Source: Ginglymostoma cirratum
Lineage: Eukaryota
Assembly (NCBI GenBank): GCA_024137785.1
Contig: JAHRHZ010000085.1
Span: forward strand, 14,422,609-14,464,290
DNA length: 41,682 nt
Direction of reading: 5' to 3'
The position numbers were made by a program, and so were the translations under genes. How positions within the stretch are numbered: position 1 is the stretch's first letter; each line of letters starts with the position of its first letter. The notes below the pieces were generated by a model. That model saw only the letters and a list, made by a program, of their open reading frames with translations, searched no databases and had not been told where the DNA came from. Positions 1 through 11,089 of this stretch are shown here, in pieces.

Positions 1-90
1 AAAAAGGACAATTAAAGCTGCAATTGAACCCAAAGGGATGATCCCCACTGGAAACTGACGCGAGAATGATACTGACTTTCTCTCCCCAAG

Positions 91-396
91 CTTCCGCGGA
101 TTCTCCCCAGATTGTCCCGACCTTGTTTCGGAGAGACTCCGCAGTCTTCCTGAGACTTGCCTGTATCTCTGGGGCCTTCCACTCGGAGGAGATCACTATC
201 AATTGGTTTATGAACGGCAGCGAGGTGCTGAGCGGAATCCGCAGTCAGGTCGAGCCGACGCCGGACAAACGCTTCAAGGCTTCCAGTTACCTGGAGGGGA
301 CGCAGCCTGTTCGCAATGGGACGGTGTACAGCTGCCGAGTGTCGCACCAGGGCAAGTGGGTGGAAACCCGGTACACTTACATCTCCGGTCCTGAAG
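91..396 (+). CDS. Ig C1-set domain exon of a type I IgSF receptor (SIRP/tapasin/B7-H6-like architecture); upstream exons lie outside the window
   Basis: Acceptor ctgactttctctccccaAG (89-90) and donor GTacgg (397); phase 1-1, 306 bp. Translation SADSPQIV...LACISGAFHSEEITINWFMNG...FKASSYL...YSCRVSHQG...GPE shows the C1-set Cys, Trp and YxCxVxH, plus two N-glycosylation sequons (NGS, NGT). Confidence 0.92.
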
Positions 397-1884
397 GTAC
401 GGCGCTTTCCAATGGCTTGTTTGTGGGGTTTTTGTGCCAGTCTGTCTGTTCTAATCCTAATTCCCAGCACTTGGCCCATAGCTTTGTATGCCTTGGCGTC
501 GCAATCTAAATACTTCTTCGTCAATTTGTCCTCTGAAACTAGTGGGACATGAACGTGGGTCTGCTTTGTAAACTGGTTGTACTACACGCAGACATATTTC
601 TGTCAGAAAGGTGATGCTTGGAAGATTGGTGACCTAGTAGCTTTCTAAAGGTGATGCCATAGAAGATTGGGAAATGAAATTCGGGGCTCCCAAAGACAAA
701 ACCAGATTAATAAGCCCCTCAAAGCGAAAGTCTCCTCCAGTGCTATCTGATTTGTTCATGCCCCCTATCAGTGGCATTTCCTTGTCTGAGTAGGAGCAGT
801 TCATGGAACATGTCTTGAGGTGTTAGTGACCTGCAGCAATAACCATTTCCCACTCTGCCATCTGCCAGCAGATAGCATGTGTAAGGCATAGAAATGAAGT
901 ACGTTCCTCAGAAGGCCATCTCCCTCTGATCAAACTCCCTGTGCTAATGGAGAAGACCCAGTGAAATAAAACGCATGTATTGTATCTTAACACAGACTTA
1001 CAATCCTGACTGGCTCCTTCATTCAAAATCACTTGGGTGGCCTTCATTTTAAAACCGTTTGACTTCTATCAGCAAGTGCTTACAGCATATTTATATTCTG
1101 TGGAGAGTGAAGACCCTAAAGACTCCCAGTTTTTGCTGCAGTGTTGTATTTTGGGACTGTAATGTAGAGTACATTATTACACCTGTGCCTTGGGATAAAA
1201 TATTTATCAGCAGGGAAATATTTTGCCAAATGCCTGCTCACAAACTTGATGGCTCTTAAAGGTCATGATATTTTGACATTTGGGCTAACTGCTGTCACCA
1301 CAATTCAGAAGTTAAAGTAGAAATTGATCAACCCGAAATGGCGTTGATCAGTTTCAGTAGCTGTGAAAGCTGAGATTGAGTGCAGCTCCGTTAGAGAGAA
1401 ATGTTGACATTAACCCTGAATGCCTTCAGTTCTTTGAACGGACAGAGCACAGACAGGACAGACAGAAGCTCCTCTAGTCCAGGTCTACCACAGAGAAGGA
1501 CCAACATCAATGGTGATCTTGTCCAGTCCATCAGTGGAGAAATGCAGATTTGTTACAGAGGAGACTTTTACAGTGAGTGAGGACACAGTTAGACTAGCAG
1601 AGGACATAAAAGGTCAATTAAAGCATTTCTCCTCTACCCATTGTTCCATTGCCATCCTGACAATTTTACAAACATATATATTTCTAACCAGTAAGTATTA
1701 TTTACAACCGCTACATTTACTGTCAGGATGTGGTATTGACAGATTAAATCACCTTATTGTTCAATGTATCGGTGTTGGAGTGTATGAGTGTTGAAGTATG
1801 CATGTGTTGTATTGTTCACACATTTCCTGTGGTATGATGCTGCTATCATATTGAATTACGTATTTGTACTTTGAGCTTTTGCAG

Positions 1885-1998
1885 AGCCAGCTTCAGGTGT
1901 TCTGCCTTGGTGGATCTATATCTGTGTTGGGAGTGGGGTTTTCCTCCTGCTGCTTCTGATTATTACAATAATACTTTGCAAATTCTGCACGTGCAGAG
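1885..1998 (+). CDS. Transmembrane exon of the IgSF receptor
   Basis: Acceptor gcttttgcAG and donor GTgagc; phase 1-1, 114 bp. Encodes EPASGVLPWWIYICVGSGVFLLLLIITIILCKFCTCR: an uncharged hydrophobic helix followed by juxtamembrane Cys. Not in the ORF track. Confidence 0.9.
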
Positions 1999-2499
1999 GT
2001 GAGCATACTGTACTTTGCTAATTTGTTTAAATTTAGAATTTTTAATGCACTTTATTTTTAAAAGTACAATTACAGTGAATTGCAGTGATATTGTAAATGA
2101 ATTATACTTGTTTGAAATGCCTGTACTCATGGTTTTAAACAATCAAGTCAACACTGAGAAAATTGATCTCCTATATTAATAAATTGGCAATTATTTGACA
2201 TCATCAAACAACCTCTTCAGTTGCCAGTTTGACGTATGAATGGAATAATTGGTCCAGTATTTCAGTTAATGCAAGGGAGACAAAAGAATGAATCGCTGCC
2301 ATAGATAGTTACATGCATTGCATCAAATATCCTAATATTACAGCTAGCACCGTGCAGTACTGCTGCCTAACTCTGTCCTATTACTGTTAGGTATGATAGA
2401 AAAAAGAGGTACGTAAGATACTGCAAGTTTGGCAGTTTGCTGCCCTGGCATCCTGTAGTTATGTTGAAATCTTCAGATAAAGCGGTACTAACTCTCCTT

Positions 2500-4475
2500 T
2501 CCCAAATGTTAGATTTTCCAAGGGTCCTCAAAAATCAGTAGACTCTGCAGTTAACAAATACAAAAACTGAAATGTAACCTCATTATCTATCTGAGGAATT
2601 GATAATGGGGAAGAGGGAAATGACAGATTAAACTAATGCCATCAGAAGATTTAAATACCTGTACTGGTCCCTCTTTATCAACTCTGCTTGTTATGTCCTC
2701 AAAGAATTTTAGCATATTTATCAAATATGAGATCCCTTCCACAAAAGCGTGGTGACTCTGTTTGATTGTGGTAAGCTTTTGCAGAGCAAGGATCAGGTAC
2801 TTTGCCAACCATTTAAAACAATATTTTAAATTGGTCTTCACAGTGGAGAACTTTATAAAAGTCCCAAAGATAACAGATAAGCAAGGTATGGGAGGAAGAA
2901 CTTTGCAACAGTTTCTATCACAAGGGATAAATTATTTGACAAATGAATGGGATTAGAATTACCAGGATCTGATGGCCTGCCTCTGAGTGTTTTATAGGAA
3001 GTGGCTACAGAGATAATAAAGATATTAGTCTAAATATTCTGGAGATTACTGGATTCCAGGAGGGTTCCAGCAGATTAACTGCTCTTGTTCAAGAAGGGAA
3101 GGAGTCAGAAGGCAGGAAACTGTGAGTTTGTCTAACACCTGTTATTGGGAATATGTTACAGTTCATTCTTTAAAAAAAAAATAGCAGGACATTTAAAATG
3201 CTTTAACACAATCAAACAGTGTCAACATAGTTTTGTGAAAGGATAATCATGTTTGACAAATTTACTAGAGTTCTTTGTGAATACAACAAGCAGAGTGGCT
3301 AAAGGGGAATTGGTAGATGTATTGTATTTAAATTATTGTAGGCTATAAATTAGATGCCATATAAAAAGCTATTGCACTAGATAGAAGCTTGTGGTATTGG
3401 GAGTAATGTATTAGCATGGATTGAGGATTGGTTGACATACTGAAGACAGAGAGTCAGGATTAACAGGTCTACTTCAGGTTGGAAAGATGAAGGTTATGAA
3501 TTGTCACAAGGTTCAGTCCTAGTGTCTCAATTATTTACTGTCCATATTGGCAAGTTGAGAAGGGGGCAGAGTGTAATGTATCGATATTTGCACATGTTAC
3601 AAAAATAGATGGGAGGGCGTGCTATGATAAAGACATAAGGAAATAGCAAAGGAATATAGATAGGTTGAGTAAGTGGGGAAAAATGTGGCTGATGGAGTTT
3701 AATGTAGGAAAGTGTGAGACAACAAACTTTAGTAAGAAGAAGTAAAAGGAGAGAAACTCCAAAAGAGCAGCACAAAGGGATTTTTATGTTCTTGCACATG
3801 AATCCCAAAAGAATTAGCATACAGCTGCAGCAAGTAATTAAAGCAAAAATACGTTTGGCCTTTATTGCTAGAAAATTGGAGTTTAAAAACGGGGAAGTTT
3901 TCTTACAACTGTACAGGGTGTTTGTGAGGCCACAACTGAAGTAGTGTATGCAGTTTTGGTCCTCGTATTTAAAAAGAGGGGTATAATGCCTTTGGAGGCT
4001 GTTCAAAAGAGACTCACCAGGCTGATTCCTAGGTTAAAGAGATTAATTTATCAAGAACAGATAAAAAAGTTCGGGCTTTATTTATCAGAGTTTAGAAGAA
4101 TGAAGGTGATTTTATTGAAATATACAAGATTCTGAGGGTCTTGACAGGTTAAATGTTGAGAAGATGTTTCCAATAGTGGGAGAATCTCAAACTAGGGAAC
4201 ATAGTTACAGAATAAGGAGATACTCTGAGATGCAACAGAATTTCCTCTCTCAGTGGATAGTGAACGTTTGCAAATCTCTACTCCAGTGAGTTGTAGAGGC
4301 TAGATCACTGAAAGAGGAGATAGAAGATTTTTGAAATATCAGTGCGGATGGAATGCTGAACTGACCTGAAAAAGGAATTGAGCCCTGGGGTAAATTATCC
4401 AATGAACCTGTTGAATGGTGACACAGGCTTGAGGGGCTGAATGACCTATTCCTGCTCCTTTTCTCATGTTCTTAT
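2500..4475 (+). mobile_element. CR1 LINE remnant (ORF2 RT to 3' UTR), with an inverted internal fragment at about 2645-2780
   Basis: Degenerate CR1 ORF2 motifs: YFKLVFTVE, QHSFVKG.SCLTNLLEFF, QGSVL, LQLYRVFVRPQL, LEAVQKRLTRLIP. Ends in a typical 3' tail (ggctgaatgacctattcctgctcct). Confidence 0.9.
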
Positions 4476-4864
4476 CATTATAGTATTATGATGAGATTCA
4501 TTTGATTGCCGACTAATGTTAGTCTGATTGTCATATCTTGACCAGTACATTTTATTCTTGAGAGAGCTAAAAAGAAATAATTGGCAGTAAAAAAAAATCT
4601 GCCGCAATTAGTAGGTATCTGGTTTGAAAATGAAAAGATTTTGGTAGCTCAAACATTAGGATCTGTTAAATTATATGAAACAGAGTGATGTCATACACAT
4701 TCATTGAATGGCTCCTGGATTTGATTATAAAATCGGATAGTTGTGTTGATTGTTACATCAAAGGCACTTATACATTGAAAGTCAATTTATGGTCTGTCTG
4801 ATACTATCTGGTAGAGAATTTATTTAAAAATCATATTTTTTTGAATCCATTTATTCTTTGATAG

Positions 4865-4899
4865 GCAGACGACGAAAAGGAGAGAACAGATGTGCTCAG
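4865..4899 (+). CDS. Short basic cytoplasmic exon of the IgSF receptor
   Basis: Acceptor ttattctttgatAG and donor GTaatt; phase 1-0, 35 bp. Encodes GRRRKGENRCAQ, a basic stop-transfer segment. The phases join the TM exon to the last exon. Confidence 0.8.
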
Positions 4900-5080
4900 G
4901 TAATTTTTCCGCTAGCTCCTCTGAAATACCTTAAAAATGCAGGAAAGCATTCTCGCTGCATTTTTCCTTGGACATTCTGTCTTGGACGTTGTCTTTGTGG
5001 ATTCTCTATAATCCACATTTATTGAGAGCTTATACATATATGTATGCACATTTAATTATTCTACTTTAGACTGGGTTACA

Positions 5081-5230
5081 GGGGACACAGTGGCTCAGTG
5101 GTTAGCATTGCTACCTCATAGCGCTAGGGACCCAAGCTCATTTCAGCTTCAGGCGACTGTCTGAGTGTAGTTTGTACATTCTCCCCGTGTCTGCCTGGGT
5201 TTCCTTTTAGTGCTCTGGTTTCCTCCCACC
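5081..5230 (+). mobile_element. tRNA-derived V-SINE (HE1-like), 3'-truncated
   Basis: Head ggggacacagtggctcagtggttagc (A box), then the V-domain ttctccccgtgtctgc.tgggtttcc...tgctctggtttcctcccac. Confidence 0.8.
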
Positions 5231-5231
5231 G

Positions 5232-5410
5232 TCTGCATTTGGCCAATATCCCTTCAAACCTTTTCTATTCATAATTTTATCCAAATGTCTTTTAAACATT
5301 GTATCTGTACCTGCATCCATCTCTTTGTCTGGCAGTTCATTCCATCCACAAACCACTCTCTATCTTAAGAAGTTGCCCCTTATGTCCTTTTTAAATCTTT
5401 CCCCTTTCTC
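5232..5410 (-). mobile_element. CR1 3' fragment
   Basis: Reverse complement matches the CR1 3' ends at 9110-9300 and 30440-30620. Confidence 0.8.
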
Positions 5411-5788
5411 TCTCCGGTATCTTTGTTGAGGTGATACTGCAAGAATGAACCTCCACATCATGGCCCTGATTTTAATGAGGGACTGGTGGAAATGATACGC
5501 ACAAAATACCAAAACAAGCAGCATGTTTAGTAACAATGAAGATATTGAACACAGCTAGTTGCGGGGCTCACCCAATCCACTCACTGGCCTGCAGGTGGAA
5601 GATGCAAATCAGTGGGTTTGGGACATGAAAACAAATATTGACAGGAAAGGTGACTGGCAGGTCAGGTAAATGGTGAGGGGAGTGAAAGCCTCTGGACAAG
5701 TACAGTCTATTTCTTTGTGGGGCACAGAGGAATTTGGTATTGTCAAAGTCAACATCTTGCCGATCTCTTTTGTACTATTGGCTTGCAG

Positions 5789-5998
5789 CATATGCAGAGA
5801 CCAGCTAACATCAACATGGCATATACAGCTATGGATCCCAACAGTCTTGCAAAAGATACAAAGCACCAGCACATGGAAAGGAAAGCAGCTTGTCCCCGCA
5901 TCCCACCGAGAAACCCACAGATAAATGACCAGCTTACTTATGCCACACCACAACTCAGAAAGCAACAGGGCAAAAAGAAGGGCTACGCTGTGCAGTGA
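5789..5998 (+). CDS. Terminal cytoplasmic exon of the IgSF receptor with tyrosine motifs
   Basis: Acceptor ctcttttgtactattggcttgcAG (5787-88), phase 0. Encodes HMQRPANINMAYTAMDP...DQLTYATPQLRKQQGKKKGYAVQ*, in frame with ORF 5717-5998. Confidence 0.78.
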   Translation, partial: HMQRPANINMAYTAMDPNSLAKDTKHQHMERKAACPRIPPRNPQINDQLTYATPQLRKQQGKKKGYAVQ

Positions 5999-6489
5999 AC
6001 ACACTTGCACCGCACCAAATACAAGCAAGAAGTTGATTCTCCAATCTTAGCTCAACGTGAATTAACCTGCCAACATAACAGCACCTTTTTAAATGGTTAA
6101 TTCAAATGATAATATCTTCAGTATGTTTTTTTTAACTCTGTCTCCTCAAGAATGTTGCTGAGTATGAGCTTTATGTTATAAATATAACTAATGATATGAT
6201 GATAACTGATGTTAATGACAGTAACCTCATTAGAGTGGGGTATCAATTGTCTGAATGCAGCACTCGGTGGAGGAGCTGTGCAGTCTCCACAAATTAAAAC
6301 CAGAAGCTGAAATTGGATTTGTAAATTACAACAAAAATATCAAATTCTCTCTCTGACCCCTCCACTCTCCCGACATCCTTACCTTGAACAGCACAAAGCA
6401 CGTTAGCAAACAAACCACGCACAGTAATCTCCTATGATCATTTGACAATGTTGCTGTTCTTATTTGATTGTGCAGAATTGGTAGAAAAG

Positions 6490-6588
6490 TTCTCAGGAAG
6501 GGTCACCGGACCTGAAATAGTAACTCTGCTTTTTCCTTCACAGATGCTGCCAGACCTGCTGAGCTTTTCCAGCAACTTTGTTTTTGTC
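6490..6588 (+). mobile_element. Penelope-derived short element (degenerate hammerhead end)
   Basis: gttctcaggaagggtcaccggacctgaaa...cagatgctgccagacctgctgagcttttccagc; same family as the copies at 10499-10735 and 20860-20993. Confidence 0.75.
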
Positions 6589-8699
6589 CTCACCAAGGCA
6601 GTGTTATAATACTTCTGGAAAACAAATTGTGAGGGCACACTTGAGAGTTTTCAAACAATAAAAAGAGACAATGATTCTGAGTATCACAGGGGAGTTTGTG
6701 CAGAGCCAGTAGAGAAGAATATAAAGTGAATAATGTCATTGGCTAAACAAAACAAGCAAATTCTACATGAAAAGAGCAGGCAGTGAACAAGTGCTGTTTG
6801 GATCAATCCTTTCACAGACCATGCACAGTCTGCACTTAGACGTTTGATCTCTCAGAACAAATGAATAGCTAAGCTTAGCTCAGAATGGAAATTAACAAAA
6901 CGTCTTTTCAACTGAGCACGTTAATTTCCACCATTCAACCCCAGATGCATTCAACTAAAACCCCTGTTGCCATTATCTTAAGACATTGGAATGTGTTCCA
7001 CATACTGCTTGCTATATATCCATAGTTAACCACGTATTTATTTGGTTTCAAATAGAATTGTACAAATAGGGAAAATAGCCATTCATCCTTGTGCCTATGT
7101 CAGCCCTTTGAAACAGCTATCGAAATATTTGCACTCTTTTCTTAAATATAGCAACTAGTTCTAATAATTATTTTACTTGAACCGATATCATAGATTTTAC
7201 TTGTTTGCAAAACATTAGTATGTTTTAACCACCGTGCTTTTATTCTGCAGAACTAATTTACTTTCTGCTCAGTTTCCTCCATTCACTAGCCTTGCCTATT
7301 TTCTGCTATCAGCTCACTTTCCAATGTAGTTGACACACTTACCATTTATTTCAAGAGCATTGTCTTCCTTGGAACTGGCTAAAACTATAATTCATGAGTT
7401 GCTCTACACTTCAGATTATCAGACAGTTCCCACTGATACACACAAAACATCAATTCGTTATAGGTACTACAAATATAGATGTTTTCTGGGGCAGAGGGTG
7501 AGATGGGGCATCTTACTTGATGGCATTGACTGACACGAATTGGTGGAGAAACCATGACTACCGAAAAAAAGGGATTGTTGAGCAATCAACAGTTTTGTGT
7601 TTTAAAATTTTAATCATTAAGCTAGTTTATCCCACAGAGATCCCAGTCAGTTGGGGCAGAAATTATAAGAGGCATATATTTTTTAAAAATTTCTATCTTC
7701 TGATCTGAATATTAAGATTGCAAATGGTTTTAACCAAATGTTTTAACATTCAAAATGAGAGATTAAAGCCAGTGGTTTTGATAATTGTTCAATGTGCCCT
7801 GTGCAACTGGAGCCTTCATTGTGTGAATTTTATAAGATATCTATCGCTGCTTTGTAAGTTCTGCAAAATTAAAGGTTTTATTTCTGTGTTACTTCTGGGT
7901 GGAGTCGCAGTTTGTAATTTTACTTTAGTTTGAGTCAAATGGTTGTCAATAAACCCTAGTGCATTAAATTCATTTATTTGCATTTATATCTTTCTTAAAA
8001 TGAAAATTTATTTCAGCGTAAATATTATAACGATTGATTGGAAGCTGTTTTTCTGGCCCAACGATATCTTAAAACAGTCAAGCCTTTTGGTAATTACAAG
8101 ATTTCCGGTCCTGCAGGTTCTCATTTAGAAATTGGGGGAGTAAGGGATGAAAGTGTTGTAACTCTTCACCCCAAAATATATTTTAGGAACAAAATTTGTA
8201 AAAGTGCATCACAAAACAATTCCAATTGAAAATGACAGAACTTGCAATCAAATTCAATTTGATTCATAACAATGTGTTCCAGGTATCACAATACAGTTGT
8301 CATGGTTTTAATATTCACTGCATATTTGCCATGTCAGGAATCAGCCTGACGGTAAAACATTTCCAACTGATAATCATTGCGCATTAGAATTCAACTGTAG
8401 ATCCTATTCCCTGTTCCTCTCTGAGGTGGTTCAATACAATTTCCATTTTCTTGAGGTTTACAGCGCACATTGGCAGCGCCGCTTAACTGCTGCTAGTGAT
8501 TTGGCTAGTTTTCACTCCATGTGCTAACAATGAGAAGTGGTGAATGTCACTATCCTCTGGTAAAATAGCATTGGCAGTGCCAAAGAACTTGTATGATGAG
8601 ATATAACAAAGTCAGGTCAATGTGCAAACTGCTGTGTCTGGACTGGAATTGACATGGCTTAGTCACTGAGGAGTTGGTTGAAGAAGAATACTCAGTGGG

Positions 8700-8925
8700 T
8701 GCGCTGCTCGGTGCGAGTCCCAGGCTCTTGGGGAGGTTCAGCTCTGGCCGGCTGAAGCGGAGATCTGTTTGTGTGGTACAGACCGGAAACTGCACAATCT
8801 TGCCACCGAGAGCCGTGCTATTGCTGAATGGCTGGGCTTGGGGGAAGCTGCAGGCTGGCTGCTACTACAATCCCCACCAGAGACATCCCCTTCAAAAATG
8901 CTGGTGTTCTCCTTGGAGCCATGGG
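8700..8925 (-). mobile_element. Possible decayed PIF/Harbinger Myb/SANT-like ORF
   Basis: Frameshifted translation MAPRRTPAFL... / AIARLSVARLCSFRSV / RSPLQ..RPELN resembles the Myb/SANT-like pattern (APxF...AWxxVA..VS..SV..RTxxQCRxKxND). Recognised from memory only. Confidence 0.35.
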
Positions 8926-8949
8926 GAACTGCGTTTATAACGGGTTTTG

Positions 8950-9385
8950 CCAGGGTTGGAGGGTGTGAGCTGAGGGGAGAAGCTGAATAGGCTGGGACTA
9001 TTTTACCTGGAGGCTGAGGGGTGACATTATCGGGGTTTATAAAATCATGAGGGGCATGGATAGAGTAAATAGACAAGGTCTTTTCTTCGGGGTAGGGGAG
9101 ACCAGAACTAGAGGGCCTAGGTTTAAGGAGAGAGGGAAAAATTTAAAAGGGATCTAAGGGGCAACTGTTTTCATGCAGAGGGTGGTGCGTGTATGGAATG
9201 AGCTGCCAGAGGAAGTGATGGAGGCTGGTACAATTACAACATGGAGGTGTATATGAATAGTAAGGGTTTAGAGGGATATGGGCCAAATGTTGACAAATGG
9301 GACGAGATTTATTTAGGATATCTGGTTGGCATGGGCAAGTTGGACTGAAGGGTCTGTTTCTGTGCTGTTCGTCTCCATGACTGAC
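8950..9385 (+). mobile_element. CR1 LINE 3' end
   Basis: RLRGDIIGVYKIMRGMDRVN...F..RVVRVWNELPEEV; tail ggactgaagggtctgtttctgtgctg. Confidence 0.9.
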
Positions 9386-9607
9386 TGGATTTCTGGTGTG
9401 TGACTGTTTTTGTTTTACAGTGAGGCAGATACACAAACACAAATATTAATTATTGCTGCACAGGATCAGAGTAGGACACGCAAGGCTTGACTTAAATGTG
9501 TGAGAAAAAGCTTCAGGGAAATTGCTCCATAACATATTGTTAATAAATCGAGAAGGTATATATTCCTATAAATAGACTGTGTTATTCCTATTAAATTGCG
9601 TTCATAT

Positions 9608-9664
9608 ATATTCCTAATAAATGGAGATAATTGATATTCCTAATAAATGGAGATAATTGATATT
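9608..9664. repeat. 26-bp tandem duplication
   Basis: Two exact copies of atattcctaataaatggagataattg, preceded by degenerate tattccta units from about 9560. Confidence 0.85.
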
Positions 9665-10342
9665 GCTTAGAGTGGGACAGTGAGCAGATAGATCCCTCAC
9701 TCATTCAGCTACAGGCCCGCGTGTGGAGATACTCTCCCAATTGCTTTGAGAATGGCAATGAGGTAACTCGCTCATAGCCCTTATCGGGCCCTGCACCTCT
9801 CTCAATTGAAGCTGCATACTGTGCCATATTCCCTGCAGGCTTATTTTCTTTCCTACACAGTGTTTGTAACAGTTTCTTGTCCGGTCACGTCACAGTCCTA
9901 AATGCAAGCAGGTCCAGACAGCTAGTGTGAGCCGATCGACCGCTTTAAAAAAAATAACTGACAGCTCTCACAAAAGTACTGACATCTGAAATTTGTGAAG
10001 GAATGAAGGTTAAATCGAGAGTGCCAGTGGAGAGAAGGGCTCTGTTGGAGCAGCGGCCATAAGCAGAATTATTCATTCAGGTTTGTGTTCAGACAAAGAC
10101 TACGTTATCTGAAACGTTATCTCTGAGCCTCACTCTCTCTCTGTCCCCAGACCTGGAGCATTCTGTTTCAGTCTCATTCGTAGCTGCAGGGGTAACTGTG
10201 TGAAGTTGCAGGAATCCTAACACCCTTTAACTGAACTCACATTTATCCAAACTTGACACCCCTTCCTTGCTTTAATTCTAAACCAAGTGCAGTGTCAGGA
10301 ATGGTCAAACAAAAGCAGTTAACAGACCAACACCAAGGTGCA

Positions 10343-10430
10343 GAGATAGTAGGAACTGCAGATGCTGGAGAATCTGAGATAACAAGGTGTAGAGCTGGAT
10401 GAACACAGCAGGCCAAGCAGCGTCAGAGGG
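10343..10430. mobile_element. Penelope-derived short element (single arm) with TSD
   Basis: gagatagtaggaactgcagatgctggagaatctgagataacaaggtgtagagctgg...; flanked by acaccaa(g/a)gtgca at 10330-10342 and 10431-10443. Confidence 0.8.
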
Positions 10431-10498
10431 ACACCAAAGTGCATTCACCATGAATCACAAAACAGTGAGCTGAAGCAACAAAACGAGCCTTCACAAAG

Positions 10499-10735
10499 CT
10501 CACAACAACAAAACCAGAAGTTGCTGGAAAAGCTCAGCAGGTCTGACAGCATCTATGAAGGGAAAAAGAAAGCAGAGTTAACGTTTCGGGTCCGGTGACC
10601 CTTCCTCAGAACGGGACCCGAAACGTTAACTTTTTATTTTCCTTCACAGATACAGCCGGGCCTGCTGAGCTTATCCAGCAGCTTCTGTTTTCATTCCGGA
10701 TTCACGGCATCCGCACTTCTTTCGGTTTTTATTGG
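10499..10735. mobile_element. Fold-back Penelope-derived mini-element with TSD
   Basis: Two inverted arms meet near 10612; 12-bp TSD gccttcacaaag at 10487-10498 and 10736-10747. Confidence 0.82.
10577..10612 (-). ncRNA. Minimal type I hammerhead ribozyme motif
   Basis: Minus strand reads GUU-CUGAGGA-A-GGGUC-ACCG-GACCC-GAAA-CGU-U-AAC: intact core, 5-bp stem II, palindromic ACGU helix III, stem I GUU/AAC. Confidence 0.7.
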
Positions 10736-11089
10736 GCCTTCACAAAGTTGTCCGTTCCCAGAAATAACATGGAGTAAAATCAAGTCTCAAAAAAAAATGA
10801 TTATTTTATTTGGCTGATGTTCAAAAAGAAACGAACAGCTGACTTGATCGAGTAACTCACATCCACTCGATTGACAAGTTTGTATCATTCATCCCCGTTG
10901 AGCCGATTAAATCCTCCGTTGAGTTTCGGTGTTGATGAGTTAGTGCCTCTCCAGTCAGTGAAATACCTTAGAGTCTTGTTGCACTTCCTGATTCTCCCAG
11001 TAAAACCACAACAGGCAATGCTGGAAACACTTAGTCTGGCAGCAAGTCTGGCGAGAGACCCCAATAAAACATTAGGTCACCCTCCGTAC

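Noticed and set aside
66-509. 147-aa ORF read as a single-exon gene
   Set aside because: The first 8 and last ~37 residues lie outside clear splice sites (AG at 89-90, GT at 397); it is an internal exon.
12-524. 170-aa minus-strand ORF and the other ORFs overlapping 203-552
   Set aside because: Antisense or alternate-frame shadows of the GC-rich Ig exon.
607-670. Imperfect direct repeat aaaggtgatgc...gaagattgg
   Set aside because: Two-copy local duplication in an intron with no array structure; not CRISPR-like.
1510-1794. 94-aa ORF between the Ig and TM exons
   Set aside because: No recognisable domain and no convincing phase-1 splice pair; the Ig and TM exons already join in frame.
10151-10191. 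Exon-like segment after a strong pyrimidine tract
   Set aside because: The tract and start lie in a decayed Penelope-type end (ctgaaacgttatctctg...ccagacctg).
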